64,000 nucleotides of DNA from an uncultured Chloroflexia bacterium (GTDB taxonomy: Bacteria; Chloroflexota; Anaerolineae; Fen-1058). The notes under the pieces are model-generated. The model saw nothing but the letters and a program-made list of their open reading frames with translations. It did not search any database and had not been told where the DNA came from. The DNA is taken from positions 462,498 through 526,497 of the forward strand of contig CAWJPR010000018.1 of assembly GCA_963844815.1 (NCBI GenBank), read 5' to 3'. Every line of letters starts with the position of its first letter. Positions within the stretch are counted from its first letter, which is position 1. The position numbers were made by a program, and so were the translations under genes. Positions 30,332 through 41,145 of the stretch are shown here, one piece after another.

Positions 30332-30372
30332 TATTTCTCCACAAATTCACACGAATCTTCACAAATACGAAT

Positions 30373-30449
30373 GTGTCATTCCGAGCGAAGCGAGGAATCT
30401 CTTCAGGTCACGCAGAGACCCCTCGCCACTCCGCGGCTCGGGGTGACAC
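30373..30449. repeat. REP/MITE-like palindrome, family A (GTGTCATTCCGAGCGAAGCGAGGAATCTC ... GGCTCGGGGTGACAC)
   Basis: intercistronic between the HD and PTE genes. Confidence 0.65.
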
Positions 30450-30471
30450 CGTAAACCAAGTGGAATTTCCG

Positions 30472-31048
30472 TTAGAAATAGCCAAACGAGTCGGCCTCAA
30501 ACTTCGCAAAGAGATCGTCCATGTCTGCCAGGCGCTGCACGGCGATCTCTTTCGATGTGGCGAGGCACAACAGGCCGGGCAGTTTCGCTCGGCGCTTGCG
30601 GCTGATGTCATAGGCCTGCCGCAAATCCCTGGCATTCTTGGATACATCGCGCAGCACGCCGACCACGCCCAGGAAGTCCAGCGCATCCGCGTCGCTCAGC
30701 AGTTGAACTTCGAGGCAGCGCGCCGCGTTATCCGCGTGATGGAATTCGATGCAGTCCAGGATCAACTTCGCATCGTCCGGCGTATAATCTCTGCTCTGCG
30801 AGAAACGCCTCGGCCACCTGACGCGAGCGCAGCGCATGATCGACGCCCGGCTGCGCCCATTTGCCGTACGCACCCCAATCGTGCAGATGCGCCGCCACCC
30901 ACAGCGCGTCGGCGTTGTACGATTGGCCTTCGCCGATGATCGAAATCAACTGCAGCAAGCGCCGCGTGTGATTGATGCCCCACGGCCCGCCGTATTCTTC
31001 GGTCAGTCGCACAAGTTCATCGCGATCGATGTTCATGAGGCAATCCAT
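30472..31048 (-). CDS. HD-domain metal-dependent phosphohydrolase; apparent frameshift near 30800-30870
   Basis: N-terminal piece MNIDRDELVRLTEEY...AAHLHDWGAY (HD motif) in ORF 30728-31456; C-terminal piece in ORF 30472-30873. Confidence 0.6.
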
Positions 31049-31077
31049 TTCAAGAGAAAAGATTGTGGGGCGAGACC

Positions 31078-32095
31078 TTACCCACCTAACTCCCCGCGCA
31101 CTGTCGTCGTCCCTTCCACCATCGCCTTCAACTTCGCGCGCGAAGCCCAGCGCGCGGTCTGGCTGAAGCCGCAATCGGGCACGATGGCGAGCTGGTCCGC
31201 AGGCACATGCTTCAACGCGGTGCGGATGCGCTGCGCCACATCTTCCGGCGTTTCGATGTAATAGTTCTTCACGTCGATTAAGCCCGCCGCCAGAGTCTTG
31301 CCCGCCTCGGCCACTTGCTTGCCAATTTCGATCTCGAACAACTCGCGATTGGCAAACTCCAGCGCCAACTCGTCGGTGCGCGTGTCGAGGATGTGCGGGA
31401 ACAGCGGCGCATAGGTCCGCTTGGCCACAGGCCGTCCGACGAAGTTGCCGAAGCACAGGTGCAGACCGATGCGCGCGTTGACGCCGTTCACGACAGCATT
31501 GAACAATTCGACAAAGTCATGCGGCGATTTGGGGTGTACCGCGTATGACGGTTCGTCGAGTTGAATAAAGTCCACGCCTGCGGCCACGAGCGCTTTCAAT
31601 TCGGCGTTGATGATCTCGGCCAGCGCGTGCGCCACATCCATGCGGTCGTTGTACGCGCTGCCCGGCGCGATGCGGCCCGCCAGCGTGAACGGCCCGGGGC
31701 ATGGCATCTTGATCGGCTTCACAGTGCGCGTGCGGACGTATTGATATTCGGGGACGAGGCCCAACCCATCGGGCGCGGCGAGGCGATCGACCGCCTCGTA
31801 GTGCTCGCGTTGATCGTGGCCGGCGGGGCCGAGCCGTCGGTCGGGCGGCAGAGTGCGCAGCCCGCTCAAGCGATTGTAGAAATCCGCCGTGAAGAAGCCC
31901 AGGCGCCGCATCTCGCCATCGGATACAATATCGATCCCCGCATCTTCCTGATCGCGCAGCGCCACATCGACGGCATCGTTCAACGTTTCCTGAATATCGG
32001 CGGGGCCGTACTCGCCGCGCTGCATGGCTTCGACGGCAGTGATGAACCACGACGGCCAGGCGTAACTGCCGATGACACTGGTGGGTAAGAAGCAT
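31078..32095 (-). CDS. cobalamin-independent methionine-synthase (MetE C-terminal domain)-like / URO-D-like TIM-barrel protein; apparent frameshift at codon ~4
   Basis: ATG 32093-32095 with AGGGAGG RBS; after MLL the frame shifts to PTSVIGSYAWPSWF...QEDAGIDIVSDGEMRR, which continues in ORF 31078-32025. Confidence 0.7.
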
Positions 32096-32122
32096 TGTAG
32101 CCTCCCTTAAACTTGGTATGTC

Positions 32123-32250
32123 GTCATTGCACGCAGCATCCTGAGCGCAGCGGAGTCGAAGGATGCGAAGGATGCGACACTTTTTGCGACGAAGCGATCG
32201 CCTACAGTTACGATCGAGATTGCTTCGCAGAAAACGCTCCTCGCAATGAC
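32123..32250. repeat. REP/MITE-like composite palindrome, family A (GTCATTGCACGCAGCATCC... ...GATTGCTTCGCAG..CTCCTCGCAATGAC)
   Basis: intercistronic between the permease and MetE-like genes. Confidence 0.7.
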
Positions 32251-32258
32251 GTGGTCAT

Positions 32259-33227
32259 TTACTGTCTGAATCCTCGCTGCCGCCCGTAGATCGAGATCAT
32301 GATGAGCAGCGTCGCGCCCAGGACCATGCGCCGCACCGATTCGGGCATCTGCATCGTGGTGAGCAGACTGGTGATCAGCGTCAGCACCAGCGCGCCCGCC
32401 ATCGTGCCCCAGTAGCTGCCCTTGCCGCCCGAGAGGAGCGTGCCGCCGACCGCGACCGCCGCGATCGACGGGAATAGAAACGGATCGCCGATACGAATGT
32501 GAACCACGCCCGTATTGCCGACGACGAGGAAGCCGCCCAGTCCGGCCAGCAGTCCCGCCAGCGCGTAAGTGCCTAACACCATGCGGGTCACATTGACGCC
32601 CGACAGGCGCGCGGTGACCCGATTGGTCCCGATGGCAAACAAATGCTTGCCGAACGTCGTGCGCTCCAACAGCAGCCACATCAACAGCCCAAAGATGATC
32701 CAGATCACGATCGCGCCGGGGATGATTTTGAGAATATTCGGGCGCGCAATCAAATCCGTCATGATCGGTGCGACGGAGCCGCTGACGTTGCCCTGCGTGA
32801 TGACGAGGATCAAGCCGCTGACGACGCCCGCCATGCCCAGCGTCATGACCAGCGGCGAGATCTTGAGGAAAGCAATGCCCGCGCCATTCAGAAACCCGAT
32901 GGCGGCCCCGACGACTAACACGGCCAGCAGGGCCGGCAGCACATTCTCGTTGCGGCCGCTGACGATCGAGTAGGTAATGATGGCCGTCAAGGTTACGACC
33001 GCGCCGATGGACAGATCGATGCCTTCGCCGCCGCTGATGATTACCAAGGTTTGTCCAGCAGCGATAATACCTAAGAACACCGAAATACGGACGATGTTGA
33101 TCGCCGTCCGAGCAGCGATGTCCAGGTCGCTGCCAAAGCCATTGGGCAACAGGCCGCTTAAGAGAAACAACACTACCGCCAACAGCACGGCGGCTACCGG
33201 GGGGGAGATGGCCAGTCGCTTCTTCAT
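32259..33227 (-). CDS. sugar ABC transporter permease (ribose/CUT2 type)
   Basis: about 10 TM helices; start at MKKRLAIS. Confidence 0.85.
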   Translation of the reverse strand: MKKRLAISPPVAAVLLAVVLFLLSGLLPNGFGSDLDIAARTAINIVRISVFLGIIAAGQTLVIISGGEGIDLSIGAVVTLTAIITYSIVSGRNENVLPALLAVLVVGAAIGFLNGAGIAFLKISPLVMTLGMAGVVSGLILVITQGNVSGSVAPIMTDLIARPNILKIIPGAIVIWIIFGLLMWLLLERTTFGKHLFAIGTNRVTARLSGVNVTRMVLGTYALAGLLAGLGGFLVVGNTGVVHIRIGDPFLFPSIAAVAVGGTLLSGGKGSYWGTMAGALVLTLITSLLTTMQMPESVRRMVLGATLLIMISIYGRQRGFRQ

Positions 33228-34195
33228 GCGCGCTTCCTCCGGATCAGGCTCAAGATGCCGGGCATCGCCAGCGCCAGCACGATGATGGCCGCGTTGACAA
33301 ACGTCTGCCACCACGATTCGACGTTGGCGAATGAAATGATGTTGCGAATCAAACCCAGAATGATCGCGCCGATGATGGCGCCAGCCACGCCGCCCTTGCC
33401 GCCGCTGAGGATCGTCCCGCCGATGACGACCGCCGTAATCGCCTGCAACGTCAACGCATCGCCGACCCCGGCGTTGCCGGAACCGGTCAGCAACGTGATA
33501 GCAATGCCGCCGAACGCCGCCATCAATCCTGAAATAACGTAGGTGCTGAACTGCACGGCGCTGACCGGCACACCCGTTTCATAGGCCGCTTCGCTATTGC
33601 CGCCAACCGCAAAGAGGTAACGGCCAAAGCGGGTTTGCCGGGTCACATACCACGCCAGCAAAATCAGGAAGATGAGGTAAAACGCCAGCGGCAGGCCTAA
33701 TGGCGTAGCCTCGCGATAAAACACGGTGAACATCGAGGGCACGCCACCGCCGGGATTCGGGAGGATGAACAACGCCAGACCCGCAAAAAGGAAACTGGTC
33801 GCGTACGTCGTGATGATCGGCTGCAAGCGCAGATAAGCGACGAAGAAGCCATTGATGGCGCCCGCGATCATGCCGACAAGCAGCGCCACGAGCATCCAGA
33901 GCACGGCCTGCCCCGGATCGCCCTTCAAGCCGATCTGCGTGGCCAGCAAAGCGTTGACCACGGACACGATCGCCCCGACCGAAATATCGATGCCACCGGC
34001 CAGGATGACCACCGCCTCTCCCGCTGACAGGAGGATCAAAGGCAGGAACACGCGCATGTTGTTGTTGAGCGTTTTCGGATCGAACAGGTCGGGCTGCAAA
34101 ACAAAATTGACGACCACCGCGACGACCAGCAGTCCCAGGGCAAAGAGATACGGATTGCGATAAGTGAAGTGCTGCCAGCGGAAGTTTTTCATGGC
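33224..34195 (-). CDS. sugar ABC transporter permease (ribose/CUT2 type), second copy
   Basis: Paralogous to the downstream permease; start at MKNFRWQ. Confidence 0.85.
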   Translation of the reverse strand, partial: AMKNFRWQHFTYRNPYLFALGLLVVAVVVNFVLQPDLFDPKTLNNNMRVFLPLILLSAGEAVVILAGGIDISVGAIVSVVNALLATQIGLKGDPGQAVLWMLVALLVGMIAGAINGFFVAYLRLQPIITTYATSFLFAGLALFILPNPGGGVPSMFTVFYREATPLGLPLAFYLIFLILLAWYVTRQTRFGRYLFAVGGNSEAAYETGVPVSAVQFSTYVISGLMAAFGGIAITLLTGSGNAGVGDALTLQAITAVVIGGTILSGGKGGVAGAIIGAIILGLIRNIISFANVESWWQTFVNAAIIVLALAMPGILSLIRRKRA

Positions 34196-35724
34196 AGCTC
34201 CTCGTGCGCGGCCCCGAGGCTGGCTGCCACCAGATTCGATTTCGTGAGCGAGTCGCCGGCCAGTTCTGATCGGATCACCCCATCGTGCATCACCAGCACT
34301 CGATCGCACAAGCCGATCAACTCTTCGTCGTCGCTGCTGTAGAACAACACCGACTTGCCTTCTTCACACAACTGCGTCAGCAACTGATAGAACTCGGCTT
34401 TCGTGCCCACGTCTACGCCTTTAGTGGGATCGTCCAACAGCAGAAAGCGCGGATTGCGTAATAACCATTTGCCGATGACGACTTTCTGCGCGTTGCCGCC
34501 CGATAGGCTGCTCACCGGCTCCTTCAATCCCGCCATTTTCAAACTCAGGCGTTTACCCATTTCCGTGGCGTCGGCACTGGCCCGGCCCAGGCGCAGCGGC
34601 GTGCCATACTTGCGCCACGAAGGAATCTGGAAGTTCTCCAGGATCGATCGGATGAACAACAGTCCTTCTTTCGCGCGTTCGCCGGGCACGAGCGATAAGC
34701 CTTGCTCCATCGCCTGGCGCGGATGCGTGAAGTGCATCGCCGTGCCGTCAATGCTGACCGTCCCGGCATACGGCATATCGCCGAACAACGCCAGCAGCAG
34801 ATCGCGCTGGCCCTGTCCCTTCAAGCCGCCCAGCCCCAGCAGCTCGCCCTGGTGCAGTTGCACGCTCACGCCCTTCAGGACATCGGTCCGCAGGTCTTTG
34901 ACCTCCATCTGCACCGCGCGTTCCCGCAGGCTCTGCGCTGAGGGGCGGCTGCGCTGCACTACCTTCTCCACCGCGGCCGTTTCCACCATCAAGTCCACCA
35001 GCGTTCGGGTGGTGGCGTCTTTCATCGGGCCTTCGCCCACGGTCTGGCCGTTGCGCAGCACCGAATAGCGATCGGCGATCTGGAAGATCTCTTCCATGCG
35101 GTGTGAGACAAACACGATCGCTTTGCCGTCCGCCTTCCAGCGCGTCACCAACTCGAACAGGCGCTGCACCTGCCGGCTGTCCAGGCTGGCGGTCGCTTCG
35201 TCCAGGAGCAACAAGCGGGGATTGAAACTCACCGCTTTCAAGATCTCGATGATCTGTTTTTCGTCGGGCGGCAAAGAACCGATCGGGGTGTCCGGCGTCA
35301 ACGCGGATTTGAACATGCCGTCGAACAACGCCAGCAGTTCCTCCGTCCGGCGATAGATCTCTGGCTGCGCCACAAAGCCCGCGCGTTTCAGCGGCTCGCG
35401 CGTCAGCCAGATGTTCTCGGCCACCGTCAGCTGCGGCACCAGGCTGAGCTCTTGAAAGACCGTGGAAATGCCGACGTTTTTAGCAGCGTGCGGCGCAGAG
35501 AACTGGATGGCTTGCCCATCGAGGATCAGCTGTCCGCCATCGAGGACAACAACGCCGTTGATGATCTTGCTGAGCGTGCTCTTGCCGCTGCCATTGGCCC
35601 CGATCAACGCCAGCACCTCACCGGATTGAATATCCAGGTTGGCATCGGAAAGCGCAACCACACCGCCGTAGCGTTTAACCACATGACGGGCAGACAGCGA
35701 TATTGTCATGACTCCCTTTTCCAT
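34189..35724 (-). CDS. sugar ABC transporter ATP-binding protein with two fused ATP-binding domains (RbsA/MglA-like)
   Basis: Walker A GANGSGKST and a second ABC signature; the start is ambiguous (35709/35724/35730) because the 5' extension overlaps a palindrome. Confidence 0.85.
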   Translation of the reverse strand: MEKGVMTISLSARHVVKRYGGVVALSDANLDIQSGEVLALIGANGSGKSTLSKIINGVVVLDGGQLILDGQAIQFSAPHAAKNVGISTVFQELSLVPQLTVAENIWLTREPLKRAGFVAQPEIYRRTEELLALFDGMFKSALTPDTPIGSLPPDEKQIIEILKAVSFNPRLLLLDEATASLDSRQVQRLFELVTRWKADGKAIVFVSHRMEEIFQIADRYSVLRNGQTVGEGPMKDATTRTLVDLMVETAAVEKVVQRSRPSAQSLRERAVQMEVKDLRTDVLKGVSVQLHQGELLGLGGLKGQGQRDLLLALFGDMPYAGTVSIDGTAMHFTHPRQAMEQGLSLVPGERAKEGLLFIRSILENFQIPSWRKYGTPLRLGRASADATEMGKRLSLKMAGLKEPVSSLSGGNAQKVVIGKWLLRNPRFLLLDDPTKGVDVGTKAEFYQLLTQLCEEGKSVLFYSSDDEELIGLCDRVLVMHDGVIRSELAGDSLTKSNLVAASLGAAHEELP

Positions 35725-35730
35725 ATTCAT

Positions 35731-35770
35731 GTCATCCTTGCGAGGGCGTGATAGCCCTCGCAAGGATGAC
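35731..35770. repeat. perfect 17-bp inverted repeat (GTCATCCTTGCGAGGGC / GCCCTCGCAAGGATGAC) between the binding-protein and ATPase genes; REP-family-A-like intercistronic hairpin
   Basis: read directly from sequence. Confidence 0.8.
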
Positions 35771-35839
35771 GCTTGTTCATCCTCCCGGCCAAGGAAAGCT
35801 AACCCTGGCAGGAAACACTGAGTTGGAGGTGAGAGTTTA

Positions 35840-37972
35840 CTACTTGAAATACTGTTGAACTTCGGCGTCGCTCATGATGCCGTCGAGCAGGTACGTGGCC
35901 GGCTTGTCCTTGCACATCGACTCGTACACTTGCTTGAAGTTGTCCTTGGTCACGGTCACGGGCACCGGGATCACAAACGACATATCGTTCGCGCCGCCCA
36001 ATTTGCTCATGTCTACTTGCTTGCCTTGCAGCATATTGTAGGCAATGCGCAAGCCGGTGGGCGACACGCCCGGCGGATTCGCCACAGCGATCGACTCGAA
36101 GTTTGGATCTTTTTGCAGCTGCTCATTCCACAGTTGCAGGAACTGGCAGCGGCCTTCGCCGACGACCGCCGGCCACTTGGCCGGATTTGCCGCCAGCAGC
36201 GCCTGCATCGCGCCGATGGCCATGCCGTCCTGCGTCCAGTACCCGTTCAGATTCGGGAACGACGCCAGGAAGTTCGACATCACTTGCTGGCCGGTGGCCT
36301 CATCCCACTTGCCGGTCTCGGTCGCCAGCACCTTGATGTCGGGATAGTCCTTCAGCACTTCCGCCACGCCTTCCATGCGCGCTACATTGGCGGGATGGCC
36401 GGGGAAGCCCTCGATCTGCACGATGCTGCCCTGGCCGCCCAACTTCTCGGCCAGCCACTTCGCCGACGTCTTCGCCCATTCCTTCTGATCGATGCCCACG
36501 TTGTACACGTTCGGCGTCGCCAGTTCCTGATCCACCGAGATGACGATGATGCCCTTTTTCACCGCCTCTTGCAGCGTGTCGTTCAGCCCGTTGACATCGC
36601 CGGGATTCACCAGGATCGCATCGACGCCCTTGCTCATCAGGTTCTGCAATTGCTGAATCTGGCCGGCCACATCGGTGTCGGCGCTCTCGATCACCAGATC
36701 GTTGGCAATGCCCTTGTCCACGTATTCTTTGTTGATATCCTTGAGCTCCTGAATCATCTGCGTGCGATACTCGCTGCTGATGAACGGATTCGAGATACCC
36801 ACGGTGAATTTCTCGCCGCCGGTCGAGGACGCCGCCGGGGCCTTACCGCCCACAAAGAACTGCTGCACTTCCTCGTCGCTCATGATGCCGTCGAGCAGGA
36901 ACGTGGCCGGCTTGTCCTGGCACGTCGACTCATAGACTTCCTTGAAGTTGTCCTTGGTCACGACCACCGGCACCGGAATCACAAACGATTGGCCGCTCAG
37001 CTTGCTCTTGTCCACTTCCTTGCCTTGCAGCATATTCACCGCGATGCGCAGGCCGGTCGGGGACACGCCCGGCGGATTCGCCACCGCGATCGTCTCGAAG
37101 TTCGGATCGTCCTTCAGACGCTGATCCCACAGTTGCAGGAACTGGCAGCGGCCTTCGCCGACGACCACCGGCCACTTCGCCGGGTTCGCCGCCAGCAGCG
37201 CCTGCATCGCGCCGATCGCCATGCCGTCCTGCGTCCAGTACCCATTCAGATTCGGGAACGACGCCAGGAAGTTCGACATCACTTGCTGCCCGGTCGCCTC
37301 GTCCCACTTGCCGGTCTCGGTCGCCAGCACTTTGATGTCCGGATAGTCCTTCAACACTTCCGCCACGCCGTCCATGCGCGCCACATTCGCCGGGTGGCCG
37401 GGGAAACCTTCGATCTGCACGATGTCGCCCTTGCCGCCCAACTTCTCGGCCAGCCACTTCGCCGACGTCTTCGCCCATTCCTTCTGGTCGATGCCCACAT
37501 TGTATACGCACGGCACGTCCAGTGCCTGGTCCACCGAGATCACGATGATGCCCTTGTCGCACGCTTCCTTCAGCGTGTCATTCAAACCGTTGACATCACC
37601 CGGGTTAACGAGGATGGCATCCACGTTCTTGCTGATCAAGTTTTGCAGTTGTTGAATCTGGCCGGCCACATCGGTGTCGGCGCTCTCGATCACCAGATCA
37701 TTCGTCAGGTCCGCCGCCATGTACTCGGCATTCACGTCCTTCAATTCCTGAATCATCTGCGTGCGATACTCGCTGCTGATGAACGGATTGGAAATGCCGA
37801 TGGTAAATCGTCCACCCGTAACCGGGGCCGCCGTCGGGGCTTCAGCCGGAGCGGTCGTCGGAGCCGCCGCCGGAGCGGTCGTTGGAGCAGCGGCCGGGGC
37901 TTGCGTCGGAGCCGGGGTCGGTGCGGCACACGCTGCCAGCACTTGCGCCACCACCAGCAACAAGACCATCAC
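35840..37972 (-). CDS. periplasmic sugar-binding lipoprotein made of two tandem, about 85-90% identical RbsB-like binding domains (internal duplication); 5' end uncertain
   Basis: Lipobox VAQVLAAC and a Pro/Ala/Thr linker; two about 330-aa halves (GGRFTIGISNPFISSEYRTQMIQELKD... and GGEKFTVGISNPFISSEYRTQMIQELKD...); long identical nucleotide runs between 35.87-36.86 kb and 36.87-37.87 kb. Confidence 0.8.
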   Translation of the reverse strand: MMVLLLVVAQVLAACAAPTPAPTQAPAAAPTTAPAAAPTTAPAEAPTAAPVTGGRFTIGISNPFISSEYRTQMIQELKDVNAEYMAADLTNDLVIESADTDVAGQIQQLQNLISKNVDAILVNPGDVNGLNDTLKEACDKGIIVISVDQALDVPCVYNVGIDQKEWAKTSAKWLAEKLGGKGDIVQIEGFPGHPANVARMDGVAEVLKDYPDIKVLATETGKWDEATGQQVMSNFLASFPNLNGYWTQDGMAIGAMQALLAANPAKWPVVVGEGRCQFLQLWDQRLKDDPNFETIAVANPPGVSPTGLRIAVNMLQGKEVDKSKLSGQSFVIPVPVVVTKDNFKEVYESTCQDKPATFLLDGIMSDEEVQQFFVGGKAPAASSTGGEKFTVGISNPFISSEYRTQMIQELKDINKEYVDKGIANDLVIESADTDVAGQIQQLQNLMSKGVDAILVNPGDVNGLNDTLQEAVKKGIIVISVDQELATPNVYNVGIDQKEWAKTSAKWLAEKLGGQGSIVQIEGFPGHPANVARMEGVAEVLKDYPDIKVLATETGKWDEATGQQVMSNFLASFPNLNGYWTQDGMAIGAMQALLAANPAKWPAVVGEGRCQFLQLWNEQLQKDPNFESIAVANPPGVSPTGLRIAYNMLQGKQVDMSKLGGANDMSFVIPVPVTVTKDNFKQVYESMCKDKPATYLLDGIMSDAEVQQYFK

Positions 37973-38161
37973 TACGTCATCTTCTTCATGGTAAACTCCT
38001 CCTGAGAGTATTGGGATGCACTACAGCTTGTTGAGCAATCAGTCGAACAACATCCGCTTTTTTCTTCGTGTAGAGCAGCCTCCTTTCTTTCACGACTGAG
38101 AACGTCGATAAGGGCAGTTATGGAGAAAATAGCCTCATACACTACACTCGCAATGACTGTG

Positions 38162-38965
38162 TTACTTCACTGTCCAGCCACCATCTACGGTCAACACCGC
38201 ACCCGTCACAAACTTTGCCTGCTCCGAAGCGAGATACAAGGCCGCTTGTGCCACATCACCCGGCTGTCCGAAATCGCCCGTCAACGGCTGAAGTTCACTC
38301 AAGCGCGCGCGAATCGCCTCGTTCGCCTGGGCGCGTCGGCTCATCGGGGTGGCGATCAACCCCGGACAGATCACATTCGCGCGAATCCGCTGCGGCGCGT
38401 AGTAGGCCGCGATCGAGCGCGTCAGGCTGATGATGCCGCCCTTGCTCGCCGCGTAAGCGTGCGTCGCGAAATCTTCATCGCCGCCCACCAGCCCCAACAC
38501 CGACGACAGGTTGACGATCGCGCCGCCGCCGGCTTTCAGCATTTCACGGATCGCATACTTGCAGCCCAGGAACACGCTCTTCAAATTGATTGCCAGCACG
38601 CGATCCCACGCTTCTTCCGTGCAGTCGGCCGTTGGCCCATCGCCCCACTTGCGGCCGCTCAACCCCGCGCCGTTGAAGATCACGTCGAGCCGGCCAAACT
38701 CTGCAACCGTACGTTTTACAGCGGTTTCAACATCCTGCGCGACGCTCACATCCGTTCGCGCGAAGATCGCGCCGCCGCCGTTCGTTCGAATCTCCTCGAC
38801 CGTCTGCTGCCCGCCCGTTTCATCCAGATCGAAGATCGCGACGCGCGCGCCTGCCTGTGCGAACAGCAGCGCGGTGGCCCGCCCGATGCCGCTGGCCCCG
38901 CCCGTCACGATGGCCACCTTGCGATCCAACACTCGTTCTGCCACAATCACTCTATCCACCGTCAT
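38162..38965 (-). CDS. SDR-family short-chain dehydrogenase/reductase
   Basis: TGGASGIGRA cofactor motif; YAASK catalytic motif. Confidence 0.85.
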   Translation of the reverse strand: MTVDRVIVAERVLDRKVAIVTGGASGIGRATALLFAQAGARVAIFDLDETGGQQTVEEIRTNGGGAIFARTDVSVAQDVETAVKRTVAEFGRLDVIFNGAGLSGRKWGDGPTADCTEEAWDRVLAINLKSVFLGCKYAIREMLKAGGGAIVNLSSVLGLVGGDEDFATHAYAASKGGIISLTRSIAAYYAPQRIRANVICPGLIATPMSRRAQANEAIRARLSELQPLTGDFGQPGDVAQAALYLASEQAKFVTGAVLTVDGGWTVK

Positions 38966-39094
38966 GGCCAGGAGGCCACAGGCCGACGACACATGCGCCT
39001 GCGTTGCGCTTGGCGCAGTGCAGGTGAGCAATCCCGGTGCCAATCAACAAGAGATTGCTTCGCCGCTGCGCGGCTCGCAATGACGTTTCCGCGT

Positions 39095-39877
39095 TTAATC
39101 ATCGCCACATCCGTAAACGCGCCTGACCCGCGATCGATAATCGTCGTAGACTTCGTCAAACCGCTGCGACGAGGCCGCCTCTCCGATGAAGAAGCTGCTC
39201 GTCAAAACCGGCGGCATCTTGCCCAGCCGTGTGAGCCGATCGGCCACCAGCACCTTGAGCGCATTCGCGACCAGCGCATGTCCGATGGTGGAGCCCGGCC
39301 CAATCGGATCTTCCAGCCCTTCAATCTTCACCAGCGCGTCGCCGCCCGGCGTGCCATTATCGATCACGACGTCGGCGGCATCCGGCAGGCGCTGGCCCGA
39401 ACTGTGCCTGATCGGCGAATGCATACAATGATCCAGGGACACCACCGCCATCACCGGCAGCCCGCGCCGCTGCGCGCCGAGGGCCACTTCTACCACCACT
39501 TCATTCACGCCGCTGTTGGAAAAGATCAGAAAACTATCAGGCGGCTCCAGCACGAAATTGCGCAGAATCACTTCGCCCAGTCCCTCGACATGTTCGAGGA
39601 ACATCGCCTGACGTTGGCCATTGGCGCCGACGACGGGATTGTGATAAGTCAGCGACAACTCGACGATGGGGTGAAAACCCGGATAACTGCCATGGCGCGG
39701 AAACATCTCTTCAACCGGGATGCGCGAGTGTCCCGTGCCAAACACGTGCACCAATCCGCCACTGGCAATCGAGCCGGCGCAAATCTCAGCCGCACGCTCC
39801 AACGCCTCCATTTGCGTGGCGCGAATGCGATCCAGAATCTTCTGCACCTCGTCGAAGTAAGTTGCTGCTGGGCTCAT
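39095..39877 (-). CDS. SIS_2 (UPF0309-like) sugar-isomerase-domain protein
   Basis: LVHVFGTGHSRIPVEEMFPR signature. Confidence 0.6.
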   Translation of the reverse strand: MSPAATYFDEVQKILDRIRATQMEALERAAEICAGSIASGGLVHVFGTGHSRIPVEEMFPRHGSYPGFHPIVELSLTYHNPVVGANGQRQAMFLEHVEGLGEVILRNFVLEPPDSFLIFSNSGVNEVVVEVALGAQRRGLPVMAVVSLDHCMHSPIRHSSGQRLPDAADVVIDNGTPGGDALVKIEGLEDPIGPGSTIGHALVANALKVLVADRLTRLGKMPPVLTSSFFIGEAASSQRFDEVYDDYRSRVRRVYGCGDD

Positions 39878-39906
39878 CTGGTTGACTTGCTTCCTGGCCT
39901 GCTTGC

Positions 39907-41097
39907 CTACGGTATTTTCTGCACAATCTCGCCCGTCGTTTTATCCTTCAAGATAAACTTCGTCTGGCCGTCCGGCAACACTTCCTGCTTGATCAAGAAG
40001 TACTGCGCGTCGAATTCGGTCAGGCCCGCTTTCGTCGCGATTTCCTCTGAACCGCGCCACACCTCCAACTGCACCGGCTCCCACTTCTTCGACGCGATCG
40101 AGCGATAAGCCGCATCCATGATGGCATTCACCACGTAGCCGTCGTAGAAGGTCTCCATCGGCGCCTGGCCCGCGTCATACGAATTGAGCATGTCCATGAA
40201 CATCGCTTCGTAACCCAGGGCCGCGACTTCATCGCCGACCGGGAACAGCCAGCCGGAATCGCTCTCGCTCTTTTCGGAGACATAGCCGCCCTGCCCCGGC
40301 GCGGAGAACATCTCGAAGCCGGTGCGCAGCCAGTGGTTCAGCCAGATCGTGCCTTCCGTGCCGGAGACTTCATCGCGCAAGTCCATGCCGCCGCGGAACG
40401 TCCACGACACTTCAAACTGCGACAGCGCGCCGCTGGCATAGCGCACCAGCCCGACCGCGCTGTCTTCCGCTTCGATGGGATGCACCTGCGTGTCCGCCCA
40501 GCACATCACCTCCAACGGTTTCACATCTTTGCCGATGAAGTTTCGGCCGATCTCGATGCAGTGGCAGCCCATGTCCACGATCGCGCCGCCGCCCGAGAGT
40601 TCCTTCTTCCAGAACCAATCGCTGTGCGGGCCGGGGTGTGTCTCGCGCGAGCGCGTCCACAACACCTTGCCGATCGAGCCATTCTTGACCGCTTGCAGTG
40701 ACTTCAGCGTCTTGGGAGTGTAAGCCAGGTCTTCGAGATAACCGTGGAAGACGCCCGCCTTCTCGACCGCGGCCAGCATCTCTTGCGCTTCGGCGGCCGT
40801 GCGCCCCAGCGGCTTGGTGCAGAAGATCGCCTTGCCGGCCTGCGCGGCCAGCAGCACCGCTTCCCTGTGCAGATAATTGGGCAGCCCCACAATGACGACG
40901 TCGACATCGGGGCGCTGCACCGCCTCGGCAATGCTCGTCGTCCAGTGGGGAATGCCCCATTTCTGCGCGAAAGCGCTGGTTTCATCCGCGCGCCTGGCGC
41001 AGACGACGGCAATCTGATCGCGCCCGCGCTTGGCCTGCAAACTCATCGTGTAGAACATGCCGATGAGGCCGGTGCCCAACATCGCGATGTTTGCCAT
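39907..41097 (-). CDS. Gfo/Idh/MocA-family oxidoreductase
   Basis: [16 protein letters not shown] Rossmann N-terminus; 396 aa. Confidence 0.85.
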   Translation of the reverse strand: MANIAMLGTGLIGMFYTMSLQAKRGRDQIAVVCARRADETSAFAQKWGIPHWTTSIAEAVQRPDVDVVIVGLPNYLHREAVLLAAQAGKAIFCTKPLGRTAAEAQEMLAAVEKAGVFHGYLEDLAYTPKTLKSLQAVKNGSIGKVLWTRSRETHPGPHSDWFWKKELSGGGAIVDMGCHCIEIGRNFIGKDVKPLEVMCWADTQVHPIEAEDSAVGLVRYASGALSQFEVSWTFRGGMDLRDEVSGTEGTIWLNHWLRTGFEMFSAPGQGGYVSEKSESDSGWLFPVGDEVAALGYEAMFMDMLNSYDAGQAPMETFYDGYVVNAIMDAAYRSIASKKWEPVQLEVWRGSEEIATKAGLTEFDAQYFLIKQEVLPDGQTKFILKDKTTGEIVQKIP

Positions 41098-41145
41098 AGC
41101 TGATCTCTCCTTGATCTAGCGGGCAGGTTTGCAACTCGCCCGGCA

